In this document: positions 8,288 to 18,569 of the stretch, piece after piece | Numbering within the stretch: position 1 is the first letter of the stretch | Layout: each line of letters starts with the position of its first letter | Sequence record: DRR723986_10561 | Direction: 5' to 3' (one strand) | Length of the DNA: 40,201 bases | Program-made: the position numbers and the translations under genes | Notes under the pieces: generated by a model | Database searches by the model: none | Seen by the model: the letters and a program-made list of their open reading frames with translations, nothing else | What the model was told of the DNA's origin: nothing

Positions 8288-11071
8288 CTAGTGGGCTTCG
8301 AGCCAATTTGCGCCGGTGCCGGTTTCGACTTTGAGAGGTACTTTCATGTCGAGGACGGTCGACATCTCGTGTTCAATTTTAGCGACGACTTCTTCCTGCT
8401 CGCTGCGGTGCAGATCAAATACGATTTCATCATGGACGGTCAGAAGCATCTTGGTCTTGTAGCTGCCGGCCTCCAACATACCGTGAACCTTGATCATCGC
8501 GAGCTTGAGAATGTCAGCCGCAGTTCCTTGTATAGGACTGTTCATTGCAAGTCGCTCGGCTGCGCTTGCAACGTTGCGGCTCTTCGAATTGATATCTCGA
8601 ATGTAGCGGCGGCGTCCGGTCTGCGTCTTAACGTACCCGTGCTCGCGAGCGTACTCAATCGTCGAATCGATGTACTGCTGGACCATAGGGTATTTCTCGA
8701 AGTAGTTGTTGATCAACTCCGAGGCCTCCGCTCTGGGGATGTTCAACCGTTGTTGAAGTCCGAACGCTGAGATGCCGTAGATGATGCCGAAATTGACCGT
8801 CTTGGCTTTGTCACGCATCTCGCGAGTGACGTCGTCTAGATCAACCTTGTAAACCTTCGACGCCGTGATTGCATGAATGTCGGCCTCCGCGTTAAAGGCT
8901 TCGATCATGGCTGGATCACCGCTGAGATCGGCCATGATGCGAAGTTCGATTTGTGAGTAATCAGCGGCCAACAACAGGTAGTCGTCGTTGCGGGCAACAA
9001 AGGCTGCTCTGATTTCACGCCCACGGGCTTTGCGAATAGGAATCGTTTGCAGGTTCGGGTCTGAGGACTGCATCCGCCCGGTGGCTGTCCAGCTTTGGCC
9101 GTAATGCGTGTGAATTCGCTGAGTCTGCGGGTTGATGTAGTTGGGAAGCTGGTCTACGTACACGCTCTTCAGCTTGACCGCATTTCGATAGTCCAGAATA
9201 TCCGCGATGATTTTGTGACGGTGTGCCAAACGCTGCAGCTCGGCTTCTCGCGTCGAGTATTGTCCGGTGGCGGTTTTCTTCGGGTTCTTTTCAAGTTGCA
9301 ATTCGTCGTAAAGAACAACTCCAAGTTGCTTCGGGGAGTCAATATTGAACTCTCGCCCCGCCGCTTCGAAGATCTCTTTTCGCAGCGTTTCGATTTCCTT
9401 GGCAAGTCTACCCGAAAAATCAGCAAGGGCTGATTCATCAAGGCGGATTCCTTCATGCTCCATGTCAATGAGGACACGGACCAGTGGGCACTCAACTTCG
9501 TAGCAAACCTGACTAACACCGCGGCGTTCGATGTCGGGCCTGATGACCTCCGCAACTTGAAGTGTTATATCCGCATCTTCGGCGGCGTACTGGGCGAGTC
9601 TTTCCAGAGGCACATCGACCATACTCTTCTGGTCAGGTCCCTTGGGGCCGATAAGATCGCTGGTCGGAATCGTTTTGTAGTTGAGATAAAGTTTGGCCAA
9701 GTAGTCCAGGCCACCGGGCATCTCTGGCTCTTTCATCGAGTGAGCCAACATGGTGTCGAACAGCTCACCGTGTACTTCGATGCCTTGCCAACGCAGCACG
9801 GTCAAATCGTACTTCAGGTTGTGACCGATTTTGCGAATATTCTCATCAAGCAAGGGCTGCGACAGAATCTCCCAATAGCGTTTCAGTTTATCTTCGTCAT
9901 CTGGCAGGACCACGTAGTAAGCGGAGTGTTTCTTGAACGAGAAAGCAACTCCAAGCGGCTGAGCATTACGGGCATCGGCTGATGTGGTTTCCGTGTCGAA
10001 GCAGAATTCTTCCTGCTTGGAAAGTTCCGCAGCCAGTTGCTCAAGTGCCGCCTCCGACTCAACGATTTGGTAATCCGTTTTCACATCCGCGATCGTGGTC
10101 TCTTGCTCTTCGTCGTCGAAAAGCGTTGCCTGAATTTCTTTTTCGCGTTTCTCACGAACGACCTGAGCGCGGCTGGCGGCTGAGGAGAATGACTTTCCGA
10201 AGATTCGTTTGCCGATGGTGTCGAATTCGAGTTCTTCGAGCAGCGGTTTGAGCTTTTTCTTGTCAAATTCGGTCCATGCCATGTCGTCCAAGGTTGTTGA
10301 AAGCGGAACATCTAGCTGAATCGTTACGAGCTTTTTGCTCAGCAGTGCAAGCTCGGCGTTCTCTTGAACACGTTCCTTCTGTTTCCCTTTGAGTTGATCG
10401 GCCGCTTCGATTAGCTTCTCGATTGACCCATGTTCAGAGATCAGCTTCTGCGCCGTCTTGGGACCGATGCCTGGAATGCCTGGGATGTTGTCGCTCGAGT
10501 CTCCCATCAGGCCGAGAACATCGATGACTTGGTCGACGGTTGAGATTTGCCATTTCTCGAGAACTTCGGCTGGTCCAAGTAGTTCAACAGATCCTCCCTT
10601 TCGTCCAGGCTTAAGGACTCGAATCTGCTCGGTGACAAGTTGATCGTAGTCCTTGTCGGGAGTAACCATCAGGACTTCGAGTTCTTCGCTCGCGAACTGG
10701 TGTGCGAGCGTGCCAATGATATCGTCGGCTTCGTAACCAGGCATGCGAATCGAATGCACACGAAATGCATCGAAGAGGCGATCGATCAAGGGGAGCTGAC
10801 TTTCGATGTCCTCAGGCATCTTGTCCCGCTGCGCCTTGTATTCCGGAAAATCCTTGTGGCGCTGCGTTGGTTCGGAGGTGTCGAAAGCGACGGCAAGGTG
10901 CGTTGGATTCTCCTTCCGGATGAGATCCTGGAGAGTGTTCAGCACTCCAAATACGGCACTCGTACACTGCCCACCGGAGGTAAAACGCGGACTGCGGATC
11001 AGAGCAAAGTGCGCTCGGTAGGTAAGCGCCATGCCATCGAGGAGGATCAGTTTGGGAGAATCTAGAAGCAT
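8288..11071 (-). CDS. polA: DNA polymerase I (5'-3' exonuclease, intact 3'-5' exonuclease, polymerase)
   Basis: LLDG..YRA, EADDIIG, FDTET, GHNLKYD, YAAEDAD, ADYSQIELR, AKTVNFGIIYG, VHDE. Confidence 0.98.
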   Translation of the reverse strand: MLLDSPKLILLDGMALTYRAHFALIRSPRFTSGGQCTSAVFGVLNTLQDLIRKENPTHLAVAFDTSEPTQRHKDFPEYKAQRDKMPEDIESQLPLIDRLFDAFRVHSIRMPGYEADDIIGTLAHQFASEELEVLMVTPDKDYDQLVTEQIRVLKPGRKGGSVELLGPAEVLEKWQISTVDQVIDVLGLMGDSSDNIPGIPGIGPKTAQKLISEHGSIEKLIEAADQLKGKQKERVQENAELALLSKKLVTIQLDVPLSTTLDDMAWTEFDKKKLKPLLEELEFDTIGKRIFGKSFSSAASRAQVVREKREKEIQATLFDDEEQETTIADVKTDYQIVESEAALEQLAAELSKQEEFCFDTETTSADARNAQPLGVAFSFKKHSAYYVVLPDDEDKLKRYWEILSQPLLDENIRKIGHNLKYDLTVLRWQGIEVHGELFDTMLAHSMKEPEMPGGLDYLAKLYLNYKTIPTSDLIGPKGPDQKSMVDVPLERLAQYAAEDADITLQVAEVIRPDIERRGVSQVCYEVECPLVRVLIDMEHEGIRLDESALADFSGRLAKEIETLRKEIFEAAGREFNIDSPKQLGVVLYDELQLEKNPKKTATGQYSTREAELQRLAHRHKIIADILDYRNAVKLKSVYVDQLPNYINPQTQRIHTHYGQSWTATGRMQSSDPNLQTIPIRKARGREIRAAFVARNDDYLLLAADYSQIELRIMADLSGDPAMIEAFNAEADIHAITASKVYKVDLDDVTREMRDKAKTVNFGIIYGISAFGLQQRLNIPRAEASELINNYFEKYPMVQQYIDSTIEYAREHGYVKTQTGRRRYIRDINSKSRNVASAAERLAMNSPIQGTAADILKLAMIKVHGMLEAGSYKTKMLLTVHDEIVFDLHRSEQEEVVAKIEHEMSTVLDMKVPLKVETGTGANWLEAH

Positions 11072-11481
11072 TCCGAGCGTCCAGTGGTGGTGTGGTTGAT
11101 CCAGTTAAGGAGCAGGCTAGTAGCGGGTCGTCTGAATTGAGCCTGAGAGTATCGCAGCAGCCTGGCTTGTTTCGCAAGACACCTGCAGCTCGGAGATTGC
11201 GGGAGGGTGTGTAGCGAACGGGCGATTGATTGTCGCCTGCATAAGGTCCGTCACGTGCCCACGAGTGGGGCGTGCTGGCGAGCCGAGTTCAGCAAATTTC
11301 TGGAGCGAGATGCGTGTAGACTTGGATTCAATTGGTCAATCGAGTAGGTTACACATCGGTTTCCACGGTTTGATAGCTAAATTTACAGGAAGTAAACGTG
11401 AGGCAATCCCCCACCGCCGACGATCACTGGCCCAGTGCAACCGCATCAGCCCCCTTTCTTAGCCCCTTCCGATCATTTTGC

Positions 11482-13221
11482 ATGCTGTTTGCGTTGGCGT
11501 TTGCCTTCACTGCGGTAGTTCCCTCTGGAGCCCATGCATTTGGCCCACAGGAAGTGGCCGAAGCGCCCGCTGGTGATGATGCTGACGACTCCCAAGACTC
11601 GGACGCAACCAGTAGTTCGGAACAGACGGACGCCGACGCTGCCGGTGAAAACGAAGAAGCAGGCGGGCTGGATGCCTGGATTGACGCACAATTCAGACCG
11701 GTAGCAGACACGTGGGACGGCTTCGTGATGACACCGGTTCCGCTCGGCACGAATAGCGATGGTACGACTCGAGAAGTACCATTCGTGCTGATCTTGCTCG
11801 TAGCCGGTGCATCATTCTTCACCATAGCGTTCGGCTTCATCAACTTGCGATTGATTCCCTTTGCTATCCGCGTTGTGAGTGGGAAGTATGATGAGGTCGA
11901 GAAAGCGGGGGCAGATCCCGTAACTCACGTTGAGGTGAACGAAGCCGACGGTGACCTGGTTGATACAATCCGAGATGAAGGTGAACACGGGGAAGTATCC
12001 CACTTCCAAGCGTTGGCGACTGCCGTTTCCGGGACAGTTGGGCTCGGAAACATTGCCGGAGTTGCTGTAGCTATCTCCATCGGCGGGCCTGGTGCAACAT
12101 TCTGGATGATTGTTTGTGGTCTGCTTGGCATGTCGACGAAGTTTGTTGAGTGCACACTTGGCGTGAAATACCGCGACATGGAACCGGACGGCACCGTTCA
12201 CGGTGGGCCAATGTATTACTTGAATCGAGGCCTGAGCGCGATGGGACTTGCTCCCCTCGGGATGATTCTTGGCGGGCTCTTTGCAATACTTTGCGTTGGA
12301 GCTTCGTTTGGCGGCGGGAACATGTTCCAGTCAAATCAAGCTACTGCTCAAATCATGACTCTCTTCGACGCTCAAGGCGGTTCGACAGGGGCCATCATCG
12401 GATTGGTTATGGCAGTCTTGATCGCTGTCGTAATCATCGGAGGGATTAAGCGGATCGCGACTGTGACTGAGAAGGTCGTCCCATTCATGGCTGTAATGTA
12501 CGCACTTGCGGCACTTGTGGTTATCGTGATGAATATCCAGTACGTTCCCACTGCGATTGGCCAGATATTTAGTGGCGCGTTCGCACCGACCGCTGCGGTT
12601 GGAGGAATTTTTGGAGCATTGATTCAGGGCTTCCAACGCGCGGCATTCTCCAACGAAGCTGGAGCTGGTTCGGCAGCGATCGCACACTCGGCTGTAAGAA
12701 CACGCTATCCAGCCAGTGAAGGAGTCGTCGCGCTCCTCGAGCCGTTTATCGACACAGTGGTGATCTGCACAATGTCGGCCCTTGTAATCATCCTTTACAA
12801 CGGAGATGGCCTGTTCGAATATGCCCAAACGAATACAGGCGGTGTGGTAGTCAATGGCGAGACCCTCGGTGGCGTTGACTTAACCAGCAAAGCGTTTGAT
12901 TCCGTGTTGCCGGGTTTCAAGTATTTGCTAACACTCGCGATCATCCTGTTCGCATTCTCCACGATGATTTCATGGTCTTACTACGGCCTTCAGTCGTGGA
13001 AGTACCTGTTCGGACGCTCCACTGCAGCGGACTTGTCGTACAAGCTGCTGTTCTGCATCTTTGTCGTCATTGGTTCTGCATCGTCGATGACTGCAGTCGT
13101 AGATTTCTCCAACGCGATGATTCTGGCGTTGGTGTTTCCGAATATGATTGGACTGTTGCTGCTGTTCCCGAAGGTGCGCGAGGAGCTGAAACGCTACCTG
13201 GCGGCCACGCGTGATGCCTAA
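11482..13221 (+). CDS. Alanine/glycine:cation symporter (AgcS family)
   Basis: SHFQAL.TA.SGTVGLGNIAG, GGPGATFWM, GGPMYY, FSNEAGAGS, EPFIDT, ISWSYYG; start uncertain (11398 GTG or 11482 ATG). Confidence 0.95.
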   Translation: MLFALAFAFTAVVPSGAHAFGPQEVAEAPAGDDADDSQDSDATSSSEQTDADAAGENEEAGGLDAWIDAQFRPVADTWDGFVMTPVPLGTNSDGTTREVPFVLILLVAGASFFTIAFGFINLRLIPFAIRVVSGKYDEVEKAGADPVTHVEVNEADGDLVDTIRDEGEHGEVSHFQALATAVSGTVGLGNIAGVAVAISIGGPGATFWMIVCGLLGMSTKFVECTLGVKYRDMEPDGTVHGGPMYYLNRGLSAMGLAPLGMILGGLFAILCVGASFGGGNMFQSNQATAQIMTLFDAQGGSTGAIIGLVMAVLIAVVIIGGIKRIATVTEKVVPFMAVMYALAALVVIVMNIQYVPTAIGQIFSGAFAPTAAVGGIFGALIQGFQRAAFSNEAGAGSAAIAHSAVRTRYPASEGVVALLEPFIDTVVICTMSALVIILYNGDGLFEYAQTNTGGVVVNGETLGGVDLTSKAFDSVLPGFKYLLTLAIILFAFSTMISWSYYGLQSWKYLFGRSTAADLSYKLLFCIFVVIGSASSMTAVVDFSNAMILALVFPNMIGLLLLFPKVREELKRYLAATRDA

Positions 13222-13259
13222 GCAGAAGTTCTTGTTCGTTCATAGCAAGGCCAACGGAT

Positions 13260-14126
13260 TTGAGCGGCTCGCCAACTAAGTTCCAACTGTTCTTCGCCGA
13301 ATTGGTCGGAACGTTCATCCTGATCTTTATCGGTTGCGGTGCGGTGCATGCCGCCGTTGCATACGGTGCCCAGGCCGGATTGTGGCAAGTTGCCATCTGC
13401 TGGGGCGTGGCAATCATGGTTGCCATTTACTGCACCGCCGCAGTAAGTGGTTGCCATATCAACCCTGCGATCACAATCACGATGGCGGCCTGGAGTGATT
13501 TTCCACTCGCTCGAGTGCCGCTGTACATCGCTGGGCAGTTCTCTGGCGCTTTTCTAGCTGCCGCGGTGCTCTACGGATTGTTTTCACCCGCCTTGGCCGA
13601 AGTCGAACAGCGGAAGGGAATTACGCGCGGCCAACCCGGCAGCCAAATTACAGCGAGTTGCTACGGAGAGTTTTACCCCAATCCTGGTGGTATGGCTGGT
13701 GGCGACGAGCCGTATTCGGCGGCCGAGCACGACGAGTTGAAGAAATTGGTGCCTCACGAGGTCGCGTTCTTTGCTGAGTTCGTTGGGACGGCGCTGCTAG
13801 CGCTTGTAGTCTTTTCTGTGACCGACAACACGAATCGCGAGCGACCTGGGCCTGGCCAGGCGGCCGTGTTCATCGGGCTGACCGTCTCGATGTTGATCAG
13901 CGTGATTGCTCCACTAACGCAGGCATGTTTTAACCCAGCTCGGGATTTTGCCCCCAGGTTGTTTTCGTATTTCGCCGGTTGGGGACGAATAGCACTGCCG
14001 CTCGGCACCGACTGGGGATGGCTGACCGTTTACATCATCGCGCCCATTCTCGGTGCTTTGGCCGGCGGGGCGCTTTACCGCGGGTTCTTTGCCAAGGCTT
14101 TCTCGGCCAATCAAGAATCTCAATAG
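13260..14126 (+). CDS. MIP channel, aquaglyceroporin (GlpF-like)
   Basis: AELVGTF, SGCHINPA, AEFVGT, NPARDFAPR (the D after the second NPA is glyceroporin-type). Confidence 0.93.
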   Translation: MSGSPTKFQLFFAELVGTFILIFIGCGAVHAAVAYGAQAGLWQVAICWGVAIMVAIYCTAAVSGCHINPAITITMAAWSDFPLARVPLYIAGQFSGAFLAAAVLYGLFSPALAEVEQRKGITRGQPGSQITASCYGEFYPNPGGMAGGDEPYSAAEHDELKKLVPHEVAFFAEFVGTALLALVVFSVTDNTNRERPGPGQAAVFIGLTVSMLISVIAPLTQACFNPARDFAPRLFSYFAGWGRIALPLGTDWGWLTVYIIAPILGALAGGALYRGFFAKAFSANQESQ

Positions 14127-14206
14127 CGGATCGTGGCATCACATCATGGCGTTTGCCGATCGCCAAGCCATGATTCGACTTTTCGTGCTCATCATTCCAA
14201 GGATGT

Positions 14207-15124
14207 ATGCTGGTGTCACAATCCCCGAAGATTAGCGCGTTTCCGAAGTGTTACCTCGACGCGATCTCTCACGATCGCACCATGTCAGTCTTTGATTGGA
14301 TCGAGATGGCGCGAGAACTCGATGCCGACGGATTGGAGATGTACGAGGGCTTCTTCGAGTCTACCGACGACGTCTACATCGATCGCGTTGCGCAGGCCAT
14401 CAAGAGCGCGGGCTTTGAAATGCCGATGCTGTGCTGTTCACCCGATTTCACAAACCCAGACGAAAAAAAACGCAAAGAAGCGATAGACTATCAGCAGTCG
14501 ATGATCCGCATTGCCCATCGCCTGGGCGGCCCGGGCACGGTCTGCCGAGTACTGAGCGGCCAGCGGTGGCCGGAGCTATCCATCGACGAAGGCGTTCAGC
14601 TTGCCGCGACGGGCATTCAAGCTTGCTTGCCGTTGGCTGAAGAACTGGGCGTTGTCCTTGGGCTGGAGAACCACTACAAAGACGGCCACTGGCTGTACGC
14701 GGAGTTTGCTCAGAAGATGGATGTCTTCCTTAAACTATTGGAAGCTATTCCTGATTCACCATACTTCGGAGTCCAGTACGATCCAAGCAACGCTGTAGTC
14801 GCCGGTGACGACCCGGTAGAATTGCTTCAATGCGTCAAGGACCGTGTGGTTTCGATGCACGCTAGCGACCGCTTTTTGGTCGACGGAGCATCCTTGGCCC
14901 AGTTGGCTGACGCCGAAGGCAGTGCAGGATACGCGGAAATTTTGAAACACGGTGTAACCGGCAAGGGCATCAACGACTACAACGCAATCTTTACAATCCT
15001 TCGTGACTCGGGCTATTCCGGATGGATCAGTATTGAAGATGGCATGAACGGAATGGAAGAGATGGCCCAATCGTTAAAATTTCTTCGTGAAAATGTCAAC
15101 CGTTATTGGCAGCTTGATGCCTAA
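14207..15124 (+). CDS. Sugar phosphate isomerase/epimerase family TIM-barrel protein
   Basis: DGLE, LGLENHYK, YDPSN, MHASDR, GYSGWISIED metal-ligand pattern. Confidence 0.85.
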   Translation: MLVSQSPKISAFPKCYLDAISHDRTMSVFDWIEMARELDADGLEMYEGFFESTDDVYIDRVAQAIKSAGFEMPMLCCSPDFTNPDEKKRKEAIDYQQSMIRIAHRLGGPGTVCRVLSGQRWPELSIDEGVQLAATGIQACLPLAEELGVVLGLENHYKDGHWLYAEFAQKMDVFLKLLEAIPDSPYFGVQYDPSNAVVAGDDPVELLQCVKDRVVSMHASDRFLVDGASLAQLADAEGSAGYAEILKHGVTGKGINDYNAIFTILRDSGYSGWISIEDGMNGMEEMAQSLKFLRENVNRYWQLDA

Positions 15125-15208
15125 ACGGAAGCTCCTTCGCATCGCACTGACGGCTGCACCGAGAGTAACCCGTCCCGAGTTCAAACGCCCATTAGAGGAA
15201 ACGACAAG

Positions 15209-17017
15209 ATGTCCACCGATGAACTAAACCGTAATGATGTTCCTGAGGCAGATACGTGGGATCTTTCCAGTCTGTACGCCGACATCGACGACTGGGAAAA
15301 GGACTTTGCTGAGTTTTCGGAGTTGATCGAAGGGTACACACAGTTCCGCGGACGATTGGCCGAGTCGCCCAAAGTGATGGCGGAAATGTTCGAGTTTGAC
15401 AACAAGGTGGATCGCCTTGCGGAACGCATCGGAACCTACGCGTTCCTTCGCACCACCGAAGACCAAGGCGACAGCGAGCGTCAAGCGCTCGTGGCTCGAT
15501 TCCAGAACGTGGCCGTCAATGCAGGACAACTTGCTTCGTACATCCGTCCTGAAATTATGGCGATGGATGAAGAAGAACTGGCGAAATTCGAAGCCGCTCC
15601 AGAACTTGCGGATTACGCTCTGGCGCTGCGTCGGGTTAGCCGTTACCGCAATCACACGCTCAGCGATAATGAAGAGCGGTTACTGGCGATGCAGGGCGAA
15701 ATGGCCCAGACCGCAAACAAAGTTTTCCATGGTCTTAACGATGCCGACATGAAATTCGGCGAAATCAAAGACGCCAATGGCAACACACGACCACTAACCA
15801 ACGCCTCCTACGGGGAATTCATGATTTCTCCTTCGCGTGAGGTCCGCAAGAACGCCTTTGTTCAGTACTACGAACAGTTTGAGGCTCACGAAAACACGCT
15901 CGCGGCAACCTTAGCGGGTAGTATCCACGGCGATGTCTACTACGCCAAAGCTCGTAATTATGCGTCGAGTCTCGAGGCGGCGCTGTATCCCGACAACGTG
16001 CCTGCTGAGGTTTACGACAATCTGACCAGTACTATACGAAGTCACTTGCCAGCGATTTACAAATATCTCGACTATCGTAAACGGACGATGAAAATCGATG
16101 AGATACACCACTACGATACGTACGTTCCAATTCTCAGCGATGTAAAGCATGAGATGGATTGGGAGACGGCTTCCCAGACGATCATCGATTCGCTCGCACC
16201 AATGGGCGCAGAGTATCAGGACACGCTTGCCGCTGGGCTTCGTGGCCGGTGGTGCGACCGTTATCCTAACAAGGGCAAGCAGAGCGGGGCATTCAGTTGC
16301 GGCACGTTCGACGGCGATCCTTACATCTTGATGAACTATAAGCCAAGTGTGCTCAACGATCTCTTTACGCTAACGCACGAAGCTGGGCACTCGATGCACA
16401 GCTATTATTCTGCCGGTAATCAGCCGTTTCAGTACTACAACTACACGATTTTCGTTGCCGAAGTCGCGAGTACGTTCAACGAGCAATTGCTGACACACCA
16501 TCTGCTCAAGACAAGCGACGATCCTCGTTTCAAAGCGTTCTTGCTCAACCACGAAATCGATAGCATTCGGGCGACCATCGTTCGCCAGACTATGTTTGCT
16601 GAGTTTGAACGCAGAACGCACGAGATGGCCGAGGCGGGTGAACCGTTGACTGTCGACTCGTTCAAGGGCGTTTATCGGGAACTGTTAGAGGCCTACTTTG
16701 GCCCCGATTTTGTCATCGATGACCAGCTTGCGTTGGAGTGTTTCCGCATTCCGCATTTCTACCGTGCGTTCTATGTCTACAAGTACGCCACAGGACTATC
16801 GGCAGCCATCGCGCTCTCACGCCGCGTTTTGGATGGCGGGCAAGCCGAGCTGAATGACTACTACAGCTTCCTCAAGGGTGGCTGCTCGAAAGATCCGCTC
16901 GATCTGCTCCGCGACGCGGGCGTTGATATGCTAAGCCCTGAACCAATCGAGACGGCCCTGAAGCACTTTTCTTCACTGGTGCAGCAGCTTGACGAGCTGA
17001 CTTCAACGCTTTCGTAA
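15209..17017 (+). CDS. pepF: Oligoendopeptidase F (M3B)
   Basis: TWDLSSLY, GKQSGAFS, PYILMNY, HEAGHSMH, AEVASTFNE, RIPHFY, YVYKYATG. Confidence 0.97.
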   Translation: MSTDELNRNDVPEADTWDLSSLYADIDDWEKDFAEFSELIEGYTQFRGRLAESPKVMAEMFEFDNKVDRLAERIGTYAFLRTTEDQGDSERQALVARFQNVAVNAGQLASYIRPEIMAMDEEELAKFEAAPELADYALALRRVSRYRNHTLSDNEERLLAMQGEMAQTANKVFHGLNDADMKFGEIKDANGNTRPLTNASYGEFMISPSREVRKNAFVQYYEQFEAHENTLAATLAGSIHGDVYYAKARNYASSLEAALYPDNVPAEVYDNLTSTIRSHLPAIYKYLDYRKRTMKIDEIHHYDTYVPILSDVKHEMDWETASQTIIDSLAPMGAEYQDTLAAGLRGRWCDRYPNKGKQSGAFSCGTFDGDPYILMNYKPSVLNDLFTLTHEAGHSMHSYYSAGNQPFQYYNYTIFVAEVASTFNEQLLTHHLLKTSDDPRFKAFLLNHEIDSIRATIVRQTMFAEFERRTHEMAEAGEPLTVDSFKGVYRELLEAYFGPDFVIDDQLALECFRIPHFYRAFYVYKYATGLSAAIALSRRVLDGGQAELNDYYSFLKGGCSKDPLDLLRDAGVDMLSPEPIETALKHFSSLVQQLDELTSTLS

Positions 17018-17027
17018 TTGCCCAGGT

Positions 17028-17516
17028 TTACCGCAAGCCTTCATTGAGGCGGGAGTCTATTTGCTTTCGCTGCTTACGGCTTGGGGGATAAACGACGACA
17101 ATCAAACCGCTCCCGATAACTAAACTGGCTAGCAAGAGAAACATGGCCCAGTCGAACGATCCGTAGGGCGGGTCCTCTACAAACGTCGTCAGCAGTCCGA
17201 ACGTAGCGGCGGCTGACCAAAGAATAGTAGCGATCTGCGTACTTCGTCCGTAACGAATACAGCCTGCCAGCAGCGCCCAAAGACCAAACAGGACGACAAG
17301 GCACGTGACTGCAGCGACCAAGAAGACTTTGCCCGCCGGAGGATCAAGAACTTGCCCGCCAGCGATGATTCCCGCAACGACACAGAACAAACCAACAGGA
17401 ATGAGAATGAACCGTGCCGGGTTGCGCGATAGCACCTGCACTGCAGTAGAGTGGTGCTCCGCGTCGGATGCTGTAGCAGTTGCTTCGGTCGCCGGTATCG
17501 CGTAAGGATTGGTCAT
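17028..17516 (-). CDS. Hypothetical membrane protein (about 4 TM) with N-terminal NPY motif
   Basis: Four hydrophobic stretches; starts MTNPYAIP; fills the gap after the infC terminator. Confidence 0.7.
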   Translation of the reverse strand: MTNPYAIPATEATATASDAEHHSTAVQVLSRNPARFILIPVGLFCVVAGIIAGGQVLDPPAGKVFLVAAVTCLVVLFGLWALLAGCIRYGRSTQIATILWSAAATFGLLTTFVEDPPYGSFDWAMFLLLASLVIGSGLIVVVYPPSRKQRKQIDSRLNEGLR

Positions 17517-17621
17517 CGCCCGTACCCCAAATGAAAATTGCGCTGATCCGAATCATAGTCTATAGCGCAGACCGCAAAGCTGGGTATCACACGACGGAAA
17601 TCGGTGCTTGGTGCCACAAAT

Positions 17622-17651
17622 AAAAAAGGCGAGTACCGCTAGGTACTCGCC
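17622..17651 (-). terminator. Rho-independent terminator of infC
   Basis: Perfect 10-bp stem GGCGAGTACC / GGTACTCGCC with 4-nt loop, followed on the minus strand by T6. Confidence 0.9.
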
Positions 17652-17734
17652 GATGTAGTTTTACTCAGTGGGGGCGAAGCCACTTGGGAGCGAATTATCG
17701 GTTCGCGACGGAAGGCTGCTTCGGAGAGGGCAGC

Positions 17735-18265
17735 CTACTTCGGAGAAACAGTGCACATCATCCGCTTACCCATCTGCCGTGGGTTGGATTCAAGCTTGCC
17801 GTGCTCAAGCAACTCCTCAAGTACACTATCCATGACTCGCCGACCTTCTTCGATGTGGGCCATTTCGCGGCCACGGAAGATGACGGAAACCTGGACCTTA
17901 TCCTTGTGCTTCAAGAAGCCGACCGCTTGTTTGACTTTAAAGTCAATGTCATGATCGCCGGTCTTGGGTCGAAGCCGAATTTCCTTCAGCTTTACTTGGT
18001 GCCCCGACGATTGGCTTTGTTTCTTGCTTTTTTCATACTTGTACTTGCCGTAATCCATGATACGACAAACACTTGGCTTTGAATTTGGTGCAACTTCCAC
18101 CAGATCCAAACCTACATCTCTTGCCCGGTTGAGAGCGGAATCAATATCTAGAACACCGAGCTGTTCACCAGTCTCGCTAATCACACGAACTTGACGTTCG
18201 CGAATATGGTTGTTGATTCGGGTCTCGTCGTTCCTCTCGTTTCGTCGATCTCTTGGTATCGCCAC
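17735..18265 (-). CDS. infC: Translation initiation factor IF-3
   Basis: [43 protein letters not shown]. Confidence 0.98.
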   Translation of the reverse strand: MAIPRDRRNERNDETRINNHIRERQVRVISETGEQLGVLDIDSALNRARDVGLDLVEVAPNSKPSVCRIMDYGKYKYEKSKKQSQSSGHQVKLKEIRLRPKTGDHDIDFKVKQAVGFLKHKDKVQVSVIFRGREMAHIEEGRRVMDSVLEELLEHGKLESNPRQMGKRMMCTVSPK

Positions 18266-18569
18266 TGTGTTTAGAATTCTCCTGGGAACCTAAAAATTTG
18301 TTGGACTTGCCCACTGCAAATCCTCTGATGCTGGCTTATTTTAAGTCCAGCAAAGCGTCTCTTCAGCGAGGAGACAGCGTAGTGCGATCCATCCTTACAC
18401 ACTTAGACACTGTTTCGCTATCGAAGTATCCCATATTCTAGGCCATTAAGTCAACATAACGCGCACAGATACGCACATAGTCTGCCGCAAAACTGAATAA
18501 AGACTTCGTGCTTTTACGAGCGACAGAATCACTGATTTTGCCCAAACCCCTTACATTTTCACTCATTTG

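Noticed and set aside
11072..11481. Glycine riboswitch expected upstream of an AgcS gene
   Set aside because: The GGAGA / CCGAAG / CUCUCAGG aptamer motifs are not present in order
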